A stretch of 63,987 nucleotides of DNA, filler included, from Bigelowiella natans CCMP2755 (lineage: Eukaryota > Protista > Cercozoa), in NCBI GenBank assembly GCA_000320545.1. It is 8 parts of 8 records of this genome, joined end to end, with 100 filler letters (N's around TTAATTAATTAA, not from the genome) between each part and the next. Parts side by side here need not be neighbours in the genome. Positions count along the whole stretch, not along the records: positions 34,075 to 40,681 come from ADNK01003177.1; positions 40,782 to 54,474 come from ADNK01000502.1; 6 more parts are not named here. One strand, written 5' to 3'. Shown here in pieces: positions 37,592-49,866 of the stretch. The position numbers and the translations under genes are program-made. Every line of letters starts with the position of its first letter. The stretch's first letter is position 1. The notes below the pieces were generated by a model. It saw only the letters and a program-made list of their open reading frames with translations, searched no databases and had not been told where the DNA came from.

Positions 37592-38944
37592 CTATGCTTC
37601 AGGTTCACAATTCTCGGGCGAATGCACGCACTTGATGACGTTGGCCTGGTCAACTCCATAAACACTGTATGCCATGGTAGCAATGTCTATATCGGCAAGC
37701 CCGGTGAATCTCTCGAGGTTTGTCACTAATTTCTCTTTATTCGTCTGGATTTGATTCAATACGCGTCGCTGAGGGTTGTGGTTGTAGCCGATAGGCTGAA
37801 TCGCATCAAGGAATTCCTTGAGCACCTTGACCGTTCCGAGGGGTTTTTCGACAAAGAAAGTCCAGGTGCTCTTTAGATATTCCCCATTTGGCGCCATGAA
37901 TCCAAGAGGCGTGATCTTAAGATCCTTCTTCGCTGTGCCCAAATACCAGTCAAAGTTGAATTCGGACTGCACGCGACGATTCCAGAGCTTGGCAGTTGCG
38001 GTACCGAGAGAAAAGTAGCTTAGATCGGCCTGCTTGATGACGAGGGCAAGAACTAGTGCGAGAGTCTTTTGCCGGACGCTCGTTCTGGGTGACTCGAGGA
38101 GGTCATTAATGTAGCCATCTGCAACTAGATGTCCTTTCCAGAAGATTCCGTGCCTGTCCGTCGCTTCCATTTTTTCCTTCACCGCACTGTGGTGTAGCTC
38201 TAAGAACTTCTTCGCATGGTCGATGATCTTATCGTGCAGTGCAAAGTCTGTCGCAAGAATCGCAATGCGAACGATGTCCTTAACGTCCTGAGGGTGCTCG
38301 ACTCCTGAATCACGAAGCAGCTCCCGAACACCCCCCCCCGTCAATGCGAGATGGTATTCCTCCATCGGAGAAGATTTCCCCCCTCCGAATGCTAATTCGA
38401 TGGCCGAAGTTCCAGATGGACCACCGAATTAAGCAATCAAATCATGTTTCTCAGAATAGATCTTTCGGAAGGAGCCAGCTCCAATGCCGGGGTGGCCAGC
38501 GTCGTGGCACAGAGCTGCAACTAAGAGCGCAAATTTCTCATGGTCTAACAGCGTGTCGCTCAAAATCGAATTTTGGATGATAAATGCCGTGTGCTGGAGG
38601 ACGTTGAAACCGTGCCGTCTGTTATGATATGGGACATTCCTGTATAAATCCAGCGTCGCTTGAGCAAACGACTTGACCTTGTCAACCTTTGTCGATTCAG
38701 GCGCGACGTTTAGAAATATTTCCGCAATGCAGCTCGAGGCAGCATTGCCACTCATATCCTGGTCCTCCAACGAGAACAACAATTTATTCCATGTCCCACC
38801 CGCACACTGGCTGCCAAGGGAAAAGATAGAACTGCTCACCGCGCCGACGCGAGATCTATGATCAAGAGACTTGTGCTTTGTTGCTGAGCGGTTCAACCCG
38901 CGGGCTTGCATAAGACATGCTAAAGATATCAGCAATCCCAGCAT
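37592..38944 (-). pseudogene. Class I 3',5'-cyclic nucleotide phosphodiesterase (PDEase_I/HD), intronless, signal-peptide-like N-terminus, one in-frame TAA (pseudogene or sequence error)
   Basis: YRNVPYHNRRHG, LLVAALCHDAGHPG, SPMEEYH, ILATDFALH, IKQADLS and W...VQSEF motifs. ORFs 38429-38944 and 37592-38365 share a frame and are separated only by TAA at 38429-38431. Confidence 0.85.
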
Positions 38945-39383
38945 CCTTGGGTTTCTCTCTCTCCCTCTGCCACGCAGGCACGCAGCGAGAAGGGGGAGCG
39001 CGATGCCTCACAGCAATTTAAAAATTTTCAAACTTCCGCGGACGAGAACCCCGCTTCCGGTTTGATTTGGGTATTTTATCGAGGGAGTTCCCGGCGATCC
39101 CGGAACTTCCAGTTATTTTCCCAAAAAAGGCCTCTCTGAGCTCTCATGCAGCGCGGGGGAGCGCGAAAAATAGCCTATGCTTACAATCGACCCGGCTAAT
39201 ATCTGAGAAATTTTGTCGGACGCTGGGTGCTGTGGCGACGCTGAGTCCCAACGGCGAGCAATCGAGTAGAACGGAGCAGAAGAAGTGAGGCAACAACCGC
39301 CGCAACACAACTCTCTTTCAAAGCAAATTAAACGTCACCACCCCCTCCTTCTTCCTCGCTTCCTTTGCTCCCCATCGAACACC

Positions 39384-40202
39384 ATGTCAAGGACTTTTGT
39401 CGATGGCCTCTGGGGGCACGGGCCGGACATTTTCGATGCGCAGAATGAGAGACTGAAGACGCTCGACTCCCTCGTGGCATTCTTCAAGGTACAGGACAGC
39501 TGGGCCGATAATCTTTGATTTTGTTTTAAGCCGCTACTGAGCGGATTTACGGTCTGCTGCACCAATGCGATTGATGTGAGCAATCGGATTTTCAAGAGCA
39601 TAACTTACGAATTTCCCTTTTCCGCTGTAACACTGGGGGAAAGGGAGACTCGAAGAAGCAGTATGCAAGAATTATTGATCAGTTGGGACGGAAGCGATCG
39701 GAAAGCGACTTCTCAGCTTCGCGCTTACGCTCTTGAATGGCGCATTGATGATATAAGACAAATCCCTAACCCCACTCTGTGTTCGCAGGAGAAGAGCGCT
39801 CTTGATCGTTACTACAGCAGGACCTTGAAGAAGCTTTCAAAGGTGATGAGATGGGTCAATACAGAGATATGTCTGGGTCGGAAGCGATACGCATTTCATC
39901 CAAGTTTGCGCGACTGCTTTTTGGTGGGGTTTCTGCCGTATTCTCCTAGCCTCGCTATCCATGCCTCGAAGTGATCATGAGTTCAATTCCCTTTTTCCTC
40001 TTTCTCCCTCAACTCCCTGCTCCCCCCCCCTCGTCTCCTAAGCTGCATTTGATAGAGAACGAAACACCGGGGTCTCCCCTTCAGGTAGCAGCCCCCTGCA
40101 CCTTAGTGTCGAGGCAGCTATGAGCCTCTTCTAAGTGATAGCATACTGATGCTGTCGTGCGCGTGGATGTGGAGCCTATACTTTCCTCTTTACCTTCCAT
40201 AT

Positions 40203-40262
<60 letters not shown>

Positions 40263-40583
40263 GTCTCTCTTTCTCTCTCCTCTCTCTTGTGCCCTATCGC
40301 CCTCGCCCTCGGCCCCTCCCAATCGCATTCGCATCCGACTCCCTTCCCGTTTCCAGCCGAACGAGGTGCATAACTCCCACTGGAAATCGATAAACGCCCT
40401 TCTTCTTTACAGTCCTTCCTCCATGGGTTCCGTGACCTGATGGAAACAGTCTCGACGAACTACGAGATCATGGCCGCGAAGGAAGCCGACCAGATGTTGA
40501 ATCCGCTCAACAAGTGAGCGCCGAGAGGGCGGGGGGGGGGGGGACAGGAATCCGAGGAAGCGATCTATAAAGAATCGAGAGAG

Positions 40584-40624
<41 letters not shown>

Positions 40625-40681
40625 AAAGAGAATGATTGGCATTATGCGTTCCGATTAGGACGAAAACGAAGCTGCTGCGGA
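39384..40681 (+). CDS. FCH/F-BAR-domain protein, 5' exons (truncated by gap)
   Basis: MSRTFVDGLWGHG..LKTLDSLVAFFK|EKSALDRYYSRTLKKLSK resembles the FCH consensus F..xFWG..G....L..FxKERAxIExxYAxxLxKL. Confidence 0.7.
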
Positions 40682-42308
40682 NNNNNNNNNNNNNNNNNNN
40701 NNNNNNNNNNNNNNNNNNNNNNNNNTTAATTAATTAANNNNNNNNNNNNNNNNNNNNNNNNNNNNNNNNNNNNNNNNNNNNGGGGATTTTTTTTTTGTCC
40801 CGGACGCACAAGCATTCTTCTGGACCTCCCGCACTTTGGGTTATAAAAAGGAGAAAAGGTGGGCTGCTAAAAAAAAAAATTCTTTGTTAATTACTTGCCA
40901 TTATCCCTAAGTTAGGGAATTAATATCCCCTTCCCTTTTCCAAACCTACTGTTTTTAATTCTTTTGTAGGGTTTTCTCTTTGGTGTCTGAAAATGGGCTT
41001 GGGCCCCCGGGGGGGGGGGGGTGGCGATGGAATAAACCGTAAGAGCTCGGATATAACATCCAACAAAAGCTTTCAGATCAAAGGTGGGTCAAATGATTTT
41101 TCATCGGATAATAATGTCCAAGGAGAGATGAATTGAACCCCCCCCCCCCCCCCTCTCATTCCCCGCTGGTTTCTTGCGTGACAAATCTTCTGGGCTTCTC
41201 TTCTGTAAACCACCAGGACGAAGTAAAAGCTCAGCGGATACGAAGAACAACGGCGAAAGAGACAGTGAAAGTACTACAGCGTACAACTAACCTGCTTATA
41301 TTTCAGACAAATCTCAAGTATTATCAACACAAACCGTTGCATTCTCATTCTGAGGTATCGCTTTTTAAATGCAGGCCATCACATCAGATCTTCCACTGGA
41401 ACAATTATGCCAGATATCTAGCTTATCCAAGATAATAAATGATGTAACTAGCTTTAATTGCAACACAGATCTGTAAACCTTGTTTAATAATAATGCACTG
41501 CATAAATGTCACCTCTTTGTAATCTACGAAATGAAGGAATATCAATTCATGGACTTCTACGTATTAGCAATATCTAGATCGGCTGCGCGACAAAATCTTA
41601 CAATTACATTGCTACGATAGATCAGCTAGTCAGGTAGCACCCTATGTGAACACATGTGTGCGTGTTTGTGCATGATAAATTGTCATGGTGCAATTTGAAT
41701 GCTACAATCGCAGCACAAAACTAGATCAAACTGGCATGTGCATTGTCCTCGCTCTAGAGTCTTGCTACATACGTTCTAGCAAGGTACGTGTCATGACTGT
41801 ACGTTTCACTGTAAATTTTATTTAAACACATGGTTGTTCGCCGCAGCGGCAGATGCTACATTGCGCGCTCCACGCATCGACATGCTACCATGCATACTGT
41901 GACGTGCGTTCGCACCGCTAGCTAGACCGGCGCTTGGGGTTGTTTTACATCTAATGTTCACGCTCATATTTGTACGCTCTTTATTTCATTCGTAAATCTA
42001 GCTAATATTTTTTAACTCTGACTAATTGTTAATGCTCACATAATCCTATAGATATGGAAGTTGTATCACATAACAATAACGCTCCATGCCTCACTAATAA
42101 GGATGACTACGTATGATCTTTTCATAAAAATGTCCTATATCATCTCAGTATTAGGTTAAACACATCTTTATAATTTGTACCTCGTGAGAACGATTACCCT
42201 GGCCAAATTAGTATCCATTGTTCATGCACTTCAAGATGCAGTGAAGAGAGACTGGTTGATGTGATGAACATATAGCAGCCCAAGTTGGCAAACTCGATAC
42301 AGAGGAAG

Positions 42309-43130
42309 TCACTTTTTATGCGATATACAACGATGTTCCGCATTATCCGTTCGCTTGTGATGCCACCACGACTGTTTCTGGCAAGCTAGAGAACAATACC
42401 GAGCTTTCTTACATCGAATGCAACGACTGAGAAGTTTTCCTGTTACCCCGCAATTCCAGCAGCAAGAATCCATCCCTTTCTCATATCCAAATTTTGTAGC
42501 TAGCTTGGGGTCTATCTGTGGGGTTTATACAAAATAACAAGCGTTAATGCAGCATTAGCAGAATAATAACAGATAGATCGGCACCTGAAGGATAGCTGAA
42601 GGCCAATCTAGCGTGAAAACTTCAATTTTCTCCCCAACCCCTTTTGCTTTTGAGAAGACGTCCTTGTAGTCCTGTGGAGATCTTTCACGATGATCCTTCA
42701 TCGCAATAAGGTCTCTAAAGGCCGACTCGTCCTTCTCCTCTCTAAGTCTCCTCGATAGCTCTTGAAAAAGGGCAGAGTAGGCGTCCTTCCAGGTCTCATG
42801 CCTACCTTTGACTTCAGAAGGGGGACACATCCCCCGATTATGGAAAATGAGTGCAATCGCACAGGCAAGTTCAGAAGATTCATCCTTTGGGCAATCGGGA
42901 ATAGTGACTGCCAGTCTGCAAAGGGGCGGCACAATGTGCTCACCCATCTTTGGAGAGAAATTTTGATTCATATTTTTGCCAAAACCTTTCGTAAATCGTT
43001 GTCGCAGAAGCTAATCCTAGGCCATCTTGATACATTTTGCAATACACGCTCTTCTTACATTTTGTTCTTTTTCTTCGAGTACCGGGTAGATCTTGACCAG
43101 TTAGTTTCCAGGAGATCCGAACAATAATTT
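42309..43130 (-). CDS. MYND zinc-finger protein (5' end uncertain, possible frameshift near 42945)
   Basis: A GT-AG intron at 42516-42584 joins ..DWPSAILQ to IDPKLATKFGYEKGMDSCCWNCGVTGKLLSRCIRCKKARYCSLACQKQSWWHHKR..*, a zf-MYND pattern. Confidence 0.8.
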
Positions 43131-43324
43131 GTATGCGCGACAATGCAACTGTCTTGTCGCAAGTGTAAACATATCTTGTTCCAGTATTTATGTGTATTTT
43201 AGATGTTTCCCCGATGTATATTTGTCTGTAACTTGAGGAGAGGAGACACATTGCCCCACCCGTGAGATAGATAGATAATTAGTTAATGATGACTCCACAC
43301 TGCCACTCATGAAGCCTCTTGGAC

Positions 43325-44566
43325 ATGCCGGCACAGAAACGAAAGCGGGACAGCCATGAAGGAGAACCTGCAGAACAAGCGAACTGGTTATCGAAGGCTG
43401 AATGTGATGCGAAGAAATCATGGATGGATACATGTAATAAACTGAGCAGGAAGCTAGCTTCCTGTGTTTACACTGCAAGTCTGGTTGCTAGTGAGAGAGA
43501 CCATAAGACTATATTTGAGCAGGCTTCAAAAAGAGGAAAAAATGAGAAGGATGCGGTTCTCTTACTTAGCCTGCGTGGGAGAGAGACTTTACGCATTGAA
43601 ATTCATCTGACGAATCGGAATCCTACCAATCAAGGAGACGTTGATAAATCGACATACTGCTACAGTCTCCGTCGCAAAGAATCTACCAATGTATGCTATG
43701 AGATCGAGGACAATGATAAGAGCGTTACTGTGGTGACACATAGAAAGATACTGATGCGGCGTCTGAAATCACACAAGTTGGTGTTGAACACACAAGATCT
43801 ACAACGTGCAGGATACATGGTGAAGTCCAATGTGGTTATCGAGAAGGTGCAAATCGAGCTGAAGAAGGAAGGAGATCCCATTAATTTATATTCAGATCCT
43901 GATCAAAATTTATATACAGAACCTGATCAAGGTCAGCAGCAGGTGATAACGCACCTCCAGAATTTTGAGAGAGGCTACACCATACGGTGTGGACTCATAA
44001 ATGTAGATGCGAAATGTAAGTTAGTTGAATGGAAAATGGAGGCCCATCACCCGCGACGAGAGCATACTCTTGAAATAAAAATCGGTAAGATAGAAAATTC
44101 CAATATCGAAGGTAACGGTTATGGCTTCGTATATCGCTTGGTGGATGGTTTCGAACAGTCCTACGGACTCATTGTTAAACACCTTAAAAGAATAAAGGAC
44201 TGGCATAATCCAAAAAAAAACGAATATTATACGGATACAAAACACCTTTTTCCCAAAAAGAAAGAAAGTGAAGAAAAAGACAGTGTAGAAATTAGTCAGC
44301 TCGAAGATTGCTCCATTGAACTTTGGAAGGCGCTTGGGGCAGTTTTTAAGTGCCGTGAGTGCCACAGGCCATGGAAGAAGTCGAAGAAACCGTCGTGTCA
44401 ATGCGTTGAGCCTGATTGTGATCACAAGAATTTACAAGTTAAAATTCTGAATGTCTTCCCAGTCAAAGGGAACACTACCGCTTTGTATTGTAGTAGCTGC
44501 CATGTCCCTGAATGGAAATCCTGGCTCGTCGATGATGATGATGATGATGACAAGATATTCTCCTGA
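43325..44566 (+). CDS. Intronless hypothetical protein (~413 aa) with a Cys-rich C-terminus
   Basis: Long, largely non-repetitive ORF with a protein-like, Lys/Glu-rich composition. C-terminal CRECH..CQC...CDH..CSSCH suggests Zn binding. Confidence 0.65.
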   Translation: MPAQKRKRDSHEGEPAEQANWLSKAECDAKKSWMDTCNKLSRKLASCVYTASLVASERDHKTIFEQASKRGKNEKDAVLLLSLRGRETLRIEIHLTNRNPTNQGDVDKSTYCYSLRRKESTNVCYEIEDNDKSVTVVTHRKILMRRLKSHKLVLNTQDLQRAGYMVKSNVVIEKVQIELKKEGDPINLYSDPDQNLYTEPDQGQQQVITHLQNFERGYTIRCGLINVDAKCKLVEWKMEAHHPRREHTLEIKIGKIENSNIEGNGYGFVYRLVDGFEQSYGLIVKHLKRIKDWHNPKKNEYYTDTKHLFPKKKESEEKDSVEISQLEDCSIELWKALGAVFKCRECHRPWKKSKKPSCQCVEPDCDHKNLQVKILNVFPVKGNTTALYCSSCHVPEWKSWLVDDDDDDDKIFS

Positions 44567-44650
44567 AGATAATGACCAGGAAATCCCAGAGATTTGTGTT
44601 GGTTTGTTTCGTAAAAGTCTTCTCAAGAATGTTTTCTTTTTTTTTTCATA

Positions 44651-44752
44651 CGGCGGCCAGCGGGAATCGAACCCGCGTTTCTGGGCCCGCAACCCGGCGT
44701 AAGGTTGCTGGCAGTTGTGTGGGCCCTTAGATCCTACCCCTTAGCGCTAACC
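44651..44752 (-). ncRNA. tRNA-like / tRNA-derived SINE-like element with an A-rich tail
   Basis: The minus strand has a perfect T-arm/B-box GCGGG-TTCGATT-CCCGC, an A-box-like TAGCGCTAAGGGG, a GGGCCC/GGGCCC stem enclosing a GCAACC/GGTTGC hairpin and a partial acceptor stem, followed by an A-run. Not a canonical cloverleaf. Confidence 0.45.
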
Positions 44753-45262
44753 TAAGAATTCTTTTTTTTAGAATATTTATAATATATTTTTCGTTGTACA
44801 ATCACATCTAAAATGCATCGCATGTATGCGGCTCCGCGTTCATTATGGCAGGGCCAGTGTTTGTCCACAAACTGTGTTCGAACACAAAGCGTAGCTATCA
44901 TATCCGTGTTTCTGCACGTGCACCACACAGCGCATCACATCGCATAGGCTCAAACACTTCGTTTTCGATCGTTTGCAAGACGAATGTAATCAATCAATTG
45001 AATTTGTTCAATGGTCATCCTCATGTAGCTGTGCAAAGCAGCGGCTACAGCGCTAATGTTGAATCTGTTGGTCTCAGCCATGATGTGTTCCATGCTATCT
45101 AGCTATGCAGTTAAATGTATGCTCTTTCGGTCTTGAACGTCGTGCATTGCGCGCAGCAGTTCGCGCTTCCTTTTCTTCAGATGTTAGTCTTTTTGCGTTT
45201 CGTCGTCGCTCATCACCATGGCAATGAGCTGATTCCTCAAGCGACGTTGATGTGTGACGTGA

Positions 45263-45560
45263 AGTGGACACGTTGGAGACATTGACACCGTGGAAAAGCT
45301 GACTCACGAAGAGGTTTCCATCAATGCACAGCACGTTTGGAAGGGGACCACCCCGTTAGCTGCAGCATGCCAAGAGAAACAGCTTTGCATTGTGGAGCGA
45401 CTCCTGGACATGAAAGCCAACCCGAATCGCCTCAGCTCGGGTGGCTAGTGGGCTTCCCGTGTCTGACGCCATCAGGCGCGGTCATGTTGCAATCGTCAAG
45501 TCTCTGATTCATGACGGCCGCACCAACCCGCAAAGTCTGCGCATCCAGCAGCGTCCAGTC
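45263..45560 (+). pseudogene. Ankyrin-repeat pseudogene fragment, TpA-depleted
   Basis: GDIDTVEKLTHEEVSINAQHVWKGTTPLAAACQEKQLCIVERLLDMKANPN..* then, in a shifted frame, GLPVSDAIRRGHVAIVKSLIHDG. Confidence 0.7.
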
Positions 45561-46400
45561 ACCGCGCTTCGGGGACTCCCAATCTTGTTGATGCACTCGT
45601 GTCAGGTCCTCAATCTTGCAGCGCCTGGTGAGTTCTTCAACCGACTCGCACGCATGGTGTTTGGGGTTGATGGAGCGTCTCACACACGGGAGAGGCCCAT
45701 CCGATTGATCATATTGAAACTGCTTTTCAGAATAATGGAAATCTTTGTACGCCTGGTGAGTTCTTCAACCGACTCGCACGTGCAACGTTTGGGTGTTCGT
45801 TCCGTGGATGGCTCGGGACAGCTCTAGAGCTACCTGGCCCAATCAATGCCGACAAAATCTTGACGACAGAAAACTTTGTAGCCGTTGGCCCCCTTGGATG
45901 CCATAGCATCGAGGTGCCAGAACGAGTCTGCAAAGTTCAATGGTCACCCTGATGTAGCTGTGCAATCGTTTGTGCATTGTACGTTCTCTGCAACTTTGTC
46001 TTGAAACTGTTCAGTGTAGTCGTACAGGCTGCTTGCACTACACATGTGCATGATGCACTGTCAACAATGAGGCTGGACAATGAAATAGCAACGCACGGTC
46101 ATCCAACGCGCGCATGGCACCATCATGACAAAAAAATACTGCATGAGGTAGCTAATTGTTAGCTTCGCATGATCAAGTGCAACATGTGTCTATCGAAGGC
46201 AGAGCGTGCGCCGACACCAGCTGTGTGCATCTTGATCAATGCAATGAGCAAATTTAGTTTCTCACATTAAGTCAGAACTTCATTCAAATCTGTTTGATGG
46301 TGTGATTCATTACAAACGCATGTACATCTTACTACATCCAATCATAATGTTTTGTGGATTTCATTGCACTGTTTATTCTTCAGAAGTGCCCCTCGTCCGA

Positions 46401-47316
46401 TTAACCTTCGTATAACGGTCCTGGACTGATCTTGGTCCGATATTCAGACATCACGGCTTCGAAGAAGTCGAGACTACGCTCTATTGCGAAGCATCTAATA
46501 AGCAACAAAAAGAACACGTGTTTATTATACAACTCAATACACGTAAAAGTATAAGTGAGCTAAGCCGACACCCCTGTGCGGTAGAGATAAAAATAGTTCA
46601 TAAGTCTTTATAACCTTTGACCGAAGACACCGTCATTATATGCTATATGCGATCCATGGGGGGTAATCATAACGGCATAATTGCCATTCTGTTTCAGTTT
46701 CTGAGAAATATATAATATATAATAAGAGGAATGGGCGACGATCGCCATAACTATCTTTCAGAAATTAAATGATTGCAACTTTTGGCGATCCCATAACTTG
46801 TTTATTTGTAATTCTGGAAGATCGTACAAAATGACACACGCCTTTGTACTAAGTTTTATTCATCACATTTAATGGGTGCCACCGTGTCACTTGGTATATT
46901 TTCTTGGAGGCATATTGGATCGTCCTGCGAGCTGAGGACAAATACAGGCGTCTTGACTTTCTGAAAGAAAGTCTTTGGATCCGATAGCTTCCGCCACTGC
47001 TCAATGTAGCGATTATTGTTATCATCATTGCTATTAATATTATTCTCATCATGATTTGTATGCTGTTGTTGTTGCCGGTGCTTCTCTTTCCTGAGACCAG
47101 AGGACTTTTGAATGTCCTTTTCACCATTGCCGTCGTTATAGCTATTACCAACATCCCTAGTTTCAATTTTGCCTTCTTCGTATTTGTTGGAAGGATCTCT
47201 GTAACTAGATTGCTTGCTGTTTTCATTGTAGTTGTTATTGCTGTAATCATCGTGAAAGGAGGGTGAATATACGTCGTGCAGGGAGTGCCTGATACACGTA
47301 CAGACTTCAGAATTTA

Positions 47317-47362
<46 letters not shown>

Positions 47363-47754
47363 AATATTACATGGACAATATCCAAAAAAGGCGACTCACA
47401 CACAGCCTACACACGCATAAACACCAGTAGCCATATGTATAACAAACACACCGTGATTGCGCTCGGAAAAACTCTTGGAGTGAACGTGTACGACTTAGCT
47501 CTTTAGCCCCACTGTTAGTAATATCCTCCTCCTCGCAAGGAGACTCGAAGTCAAACTTCTTTTTGTTTGAGATGGAGAGTGGACTATCGAGGATATGCTC
47601 GTTTCCAGAAACAAAAGTTTGCTTCATTTTCCTAGTAGGATTCGCAGATGAAACAGGGTCATCGCCACGTCAACCACCATCATCCATACAGTCGTACATA
47701 ATTTTGTAAGAGTATATATATTTATTTATATACGGATATACACACACACACTTA

Positions 47755-47800
<46 letters not shown>

Positions 47801-49115
47801 TATAAAAGACACAAATAAAAACTGACAAACATACCAAAGCATTCCTTGTGCAACGACGGGGTGATTCGCGTCTAGTTGCTCAATCAGAAAGTCTACATCA
47901 TAGGGCGGGCATAAACACGCCCCTGCGTTCACTGGAGTTTTACCTGCATACTTCCCCAGGTACCTTGTTATGTAACACAACAGATTGAGCTGTATGTGTG
48001 TGATTGTGTGTGTGGGAGGAGAGAGAGAGGGAGAGATGAAGGAAAAAAAGGAGGATAAACAGGGAGGCTGAACGAAGAACTAAGATGCTGTACATACGAA
48101 ATAAGCAGGGCGCTGCCCGCGCTTAATCCTGTCATTCCGACGAATTTCGCATCAGGGAACTTGCCACAGGCGTGCCGCGTTTGACAATGGACATCGTCAG
48201 GGCAGCCTAGTACATTGAACCGAGGAGTCTAACATCATCGACAACAAGAAGAAAGAACCACGTCAGAAGTGAATGGTTTGTCGCCATGCGTAGAACTAGT
48301 CACGAAGAACACGAATGGAGATTAAGAGCTAGTGATACAATAACGACACCTTTAAGGGTAGGTTTCCAGCGCCGCGGCGATTGAAGACTGCCACACGCCA
48401 GCCTCTCTCAGCAGCATCCCGAACCCAACATCCATGGTTTCCACTGTATTAAGGGCGCAAATAGCATGTTTTATGTCATTGGATAGAGGTATAGATGTGT
48501 ATCCCCAAAAACAACATCGACGACCTATGCCCCTCGATCGTGTGAAGGACGAGAAAGAGCGGTGCGTCGTCATTTAGTTGTCGTTGGCCAGGAGTGTCGA
48601 GCCACTCGACCGAAATCAAGCCTCCGTCGGGTGTCTTTATCCTCTCTGATCTAAAGGTCTGAGCTTGGAGAAGCTGCTTAGCACCGGTCAGGACTAGATT
48701 CAACCATCGATTGACGTAGAATGGGAGAAGGGGAGTCCAGTATGTCTGCGGATATTTTCCACCACCAGATAGGCGAGCGACGATGCTTCCTAAAAGTTTG
48801 TTGCCTTGGTTATAAACAATGCGCCATTCCTTATGGCCCCTGTTCAAAAACCATAACATCAAATTCATTTATCAAGCAATCATGTGTTCTTGAGGCATTA
48901 CAAGCCCATTGGATTCCCTATTCCCTCTAATCCAAAGACATTTCACACACCTTCATTACATTATGTATGCTCCCAGTCCCAAATATAACCATTTACCTAT
49001 TCTTCTCCTCAATCACCAGGCGAATGACACGAGCGATTATCACGAAAACGAGGAAATATCCCATACGGCGGGAGGACCAACTGCGAAGAACTGGCCTACT
49101 ACTGCTGGAACCCAT
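46401..49115 (-). CDS. Alpha/beta hydrolase, ABHD1/2/3-YheT family, with an N-terminal TM anchor
   Basis: FRSERIKTPDGGLISVEW, APLFLVLHTIEG, TPRFN..G.PDDV, nucleophile elbow GLSAG, YLGKY, CPPYD, TPHGSHIAY (catalytic His region), and last exon ..SLDFFEAV..*. Confidence 0.85.
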
Positions 49116-49866
49116 GATGAGTGCTCAGCGTCTACCAAAGTCTAGAAAGATCTCTTGCTGGCGAATAGGTCGGGGCCTTCCCCAGGCTGGTACGATCCTA
49201 CACGTCGTATCTTGTGATTAGTTTCTGACTTGCACAGCCCGACAGTACTCATAGAGAGCGACGAGTTACGGAGATTTTTACCTTACGACATAGAAAACAC
49301 CACCTTTTATACAAAAATCACATCTGTTTTTGTAAATTATATCATATTTCGGAATACTAACAGGGAATAATTATCATTACATTATTACGAGAATCAAAAC
49401 TGACGGTGTTTTTTCGTTATTTACTGCCGAAGACGCCTCCAAAAAGCTAGTTTTCTTCTGTATCCAGATATCGCGTCAACAACTGTAATTTTCCAAAAGA
49501 AACAGCAGTTGTAAATTTTTGGATATGAAATAAAGGAGATTTATCTCACGCGACATAGCTATAAAAAAACACATGCATGTCCCGGATTCCATACGCTGTA
49601 GATAGTTTAAGCGTAAAATTTAGTCTTATTTTCAGCATCATCACGTTTCTTTGTTGTGCTCCTGCTGCTATGATATAAGCCTGTTAGGTTTTATCTTTTT
49701 AGATATTCAATGGGTTAAAAAGGATCTAATCTTGAAATTGATGCACAACACACAGAGAACACCGTCAGTTCGTACCGATCATAGGACCCCAATGTAAGGA
49801 TCGGCATCGACTCTCCATAACAGCTGCTGCGCGTGAGGGGTGAGGATTGCTTCCTCCTTTCCCATA

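Noticed and set aside
40782-41100. Homopolymer-rich AT/GC patchwork after a gap
   Set aside because: Looks like low-quality read-end sequence; no interpretable structure.
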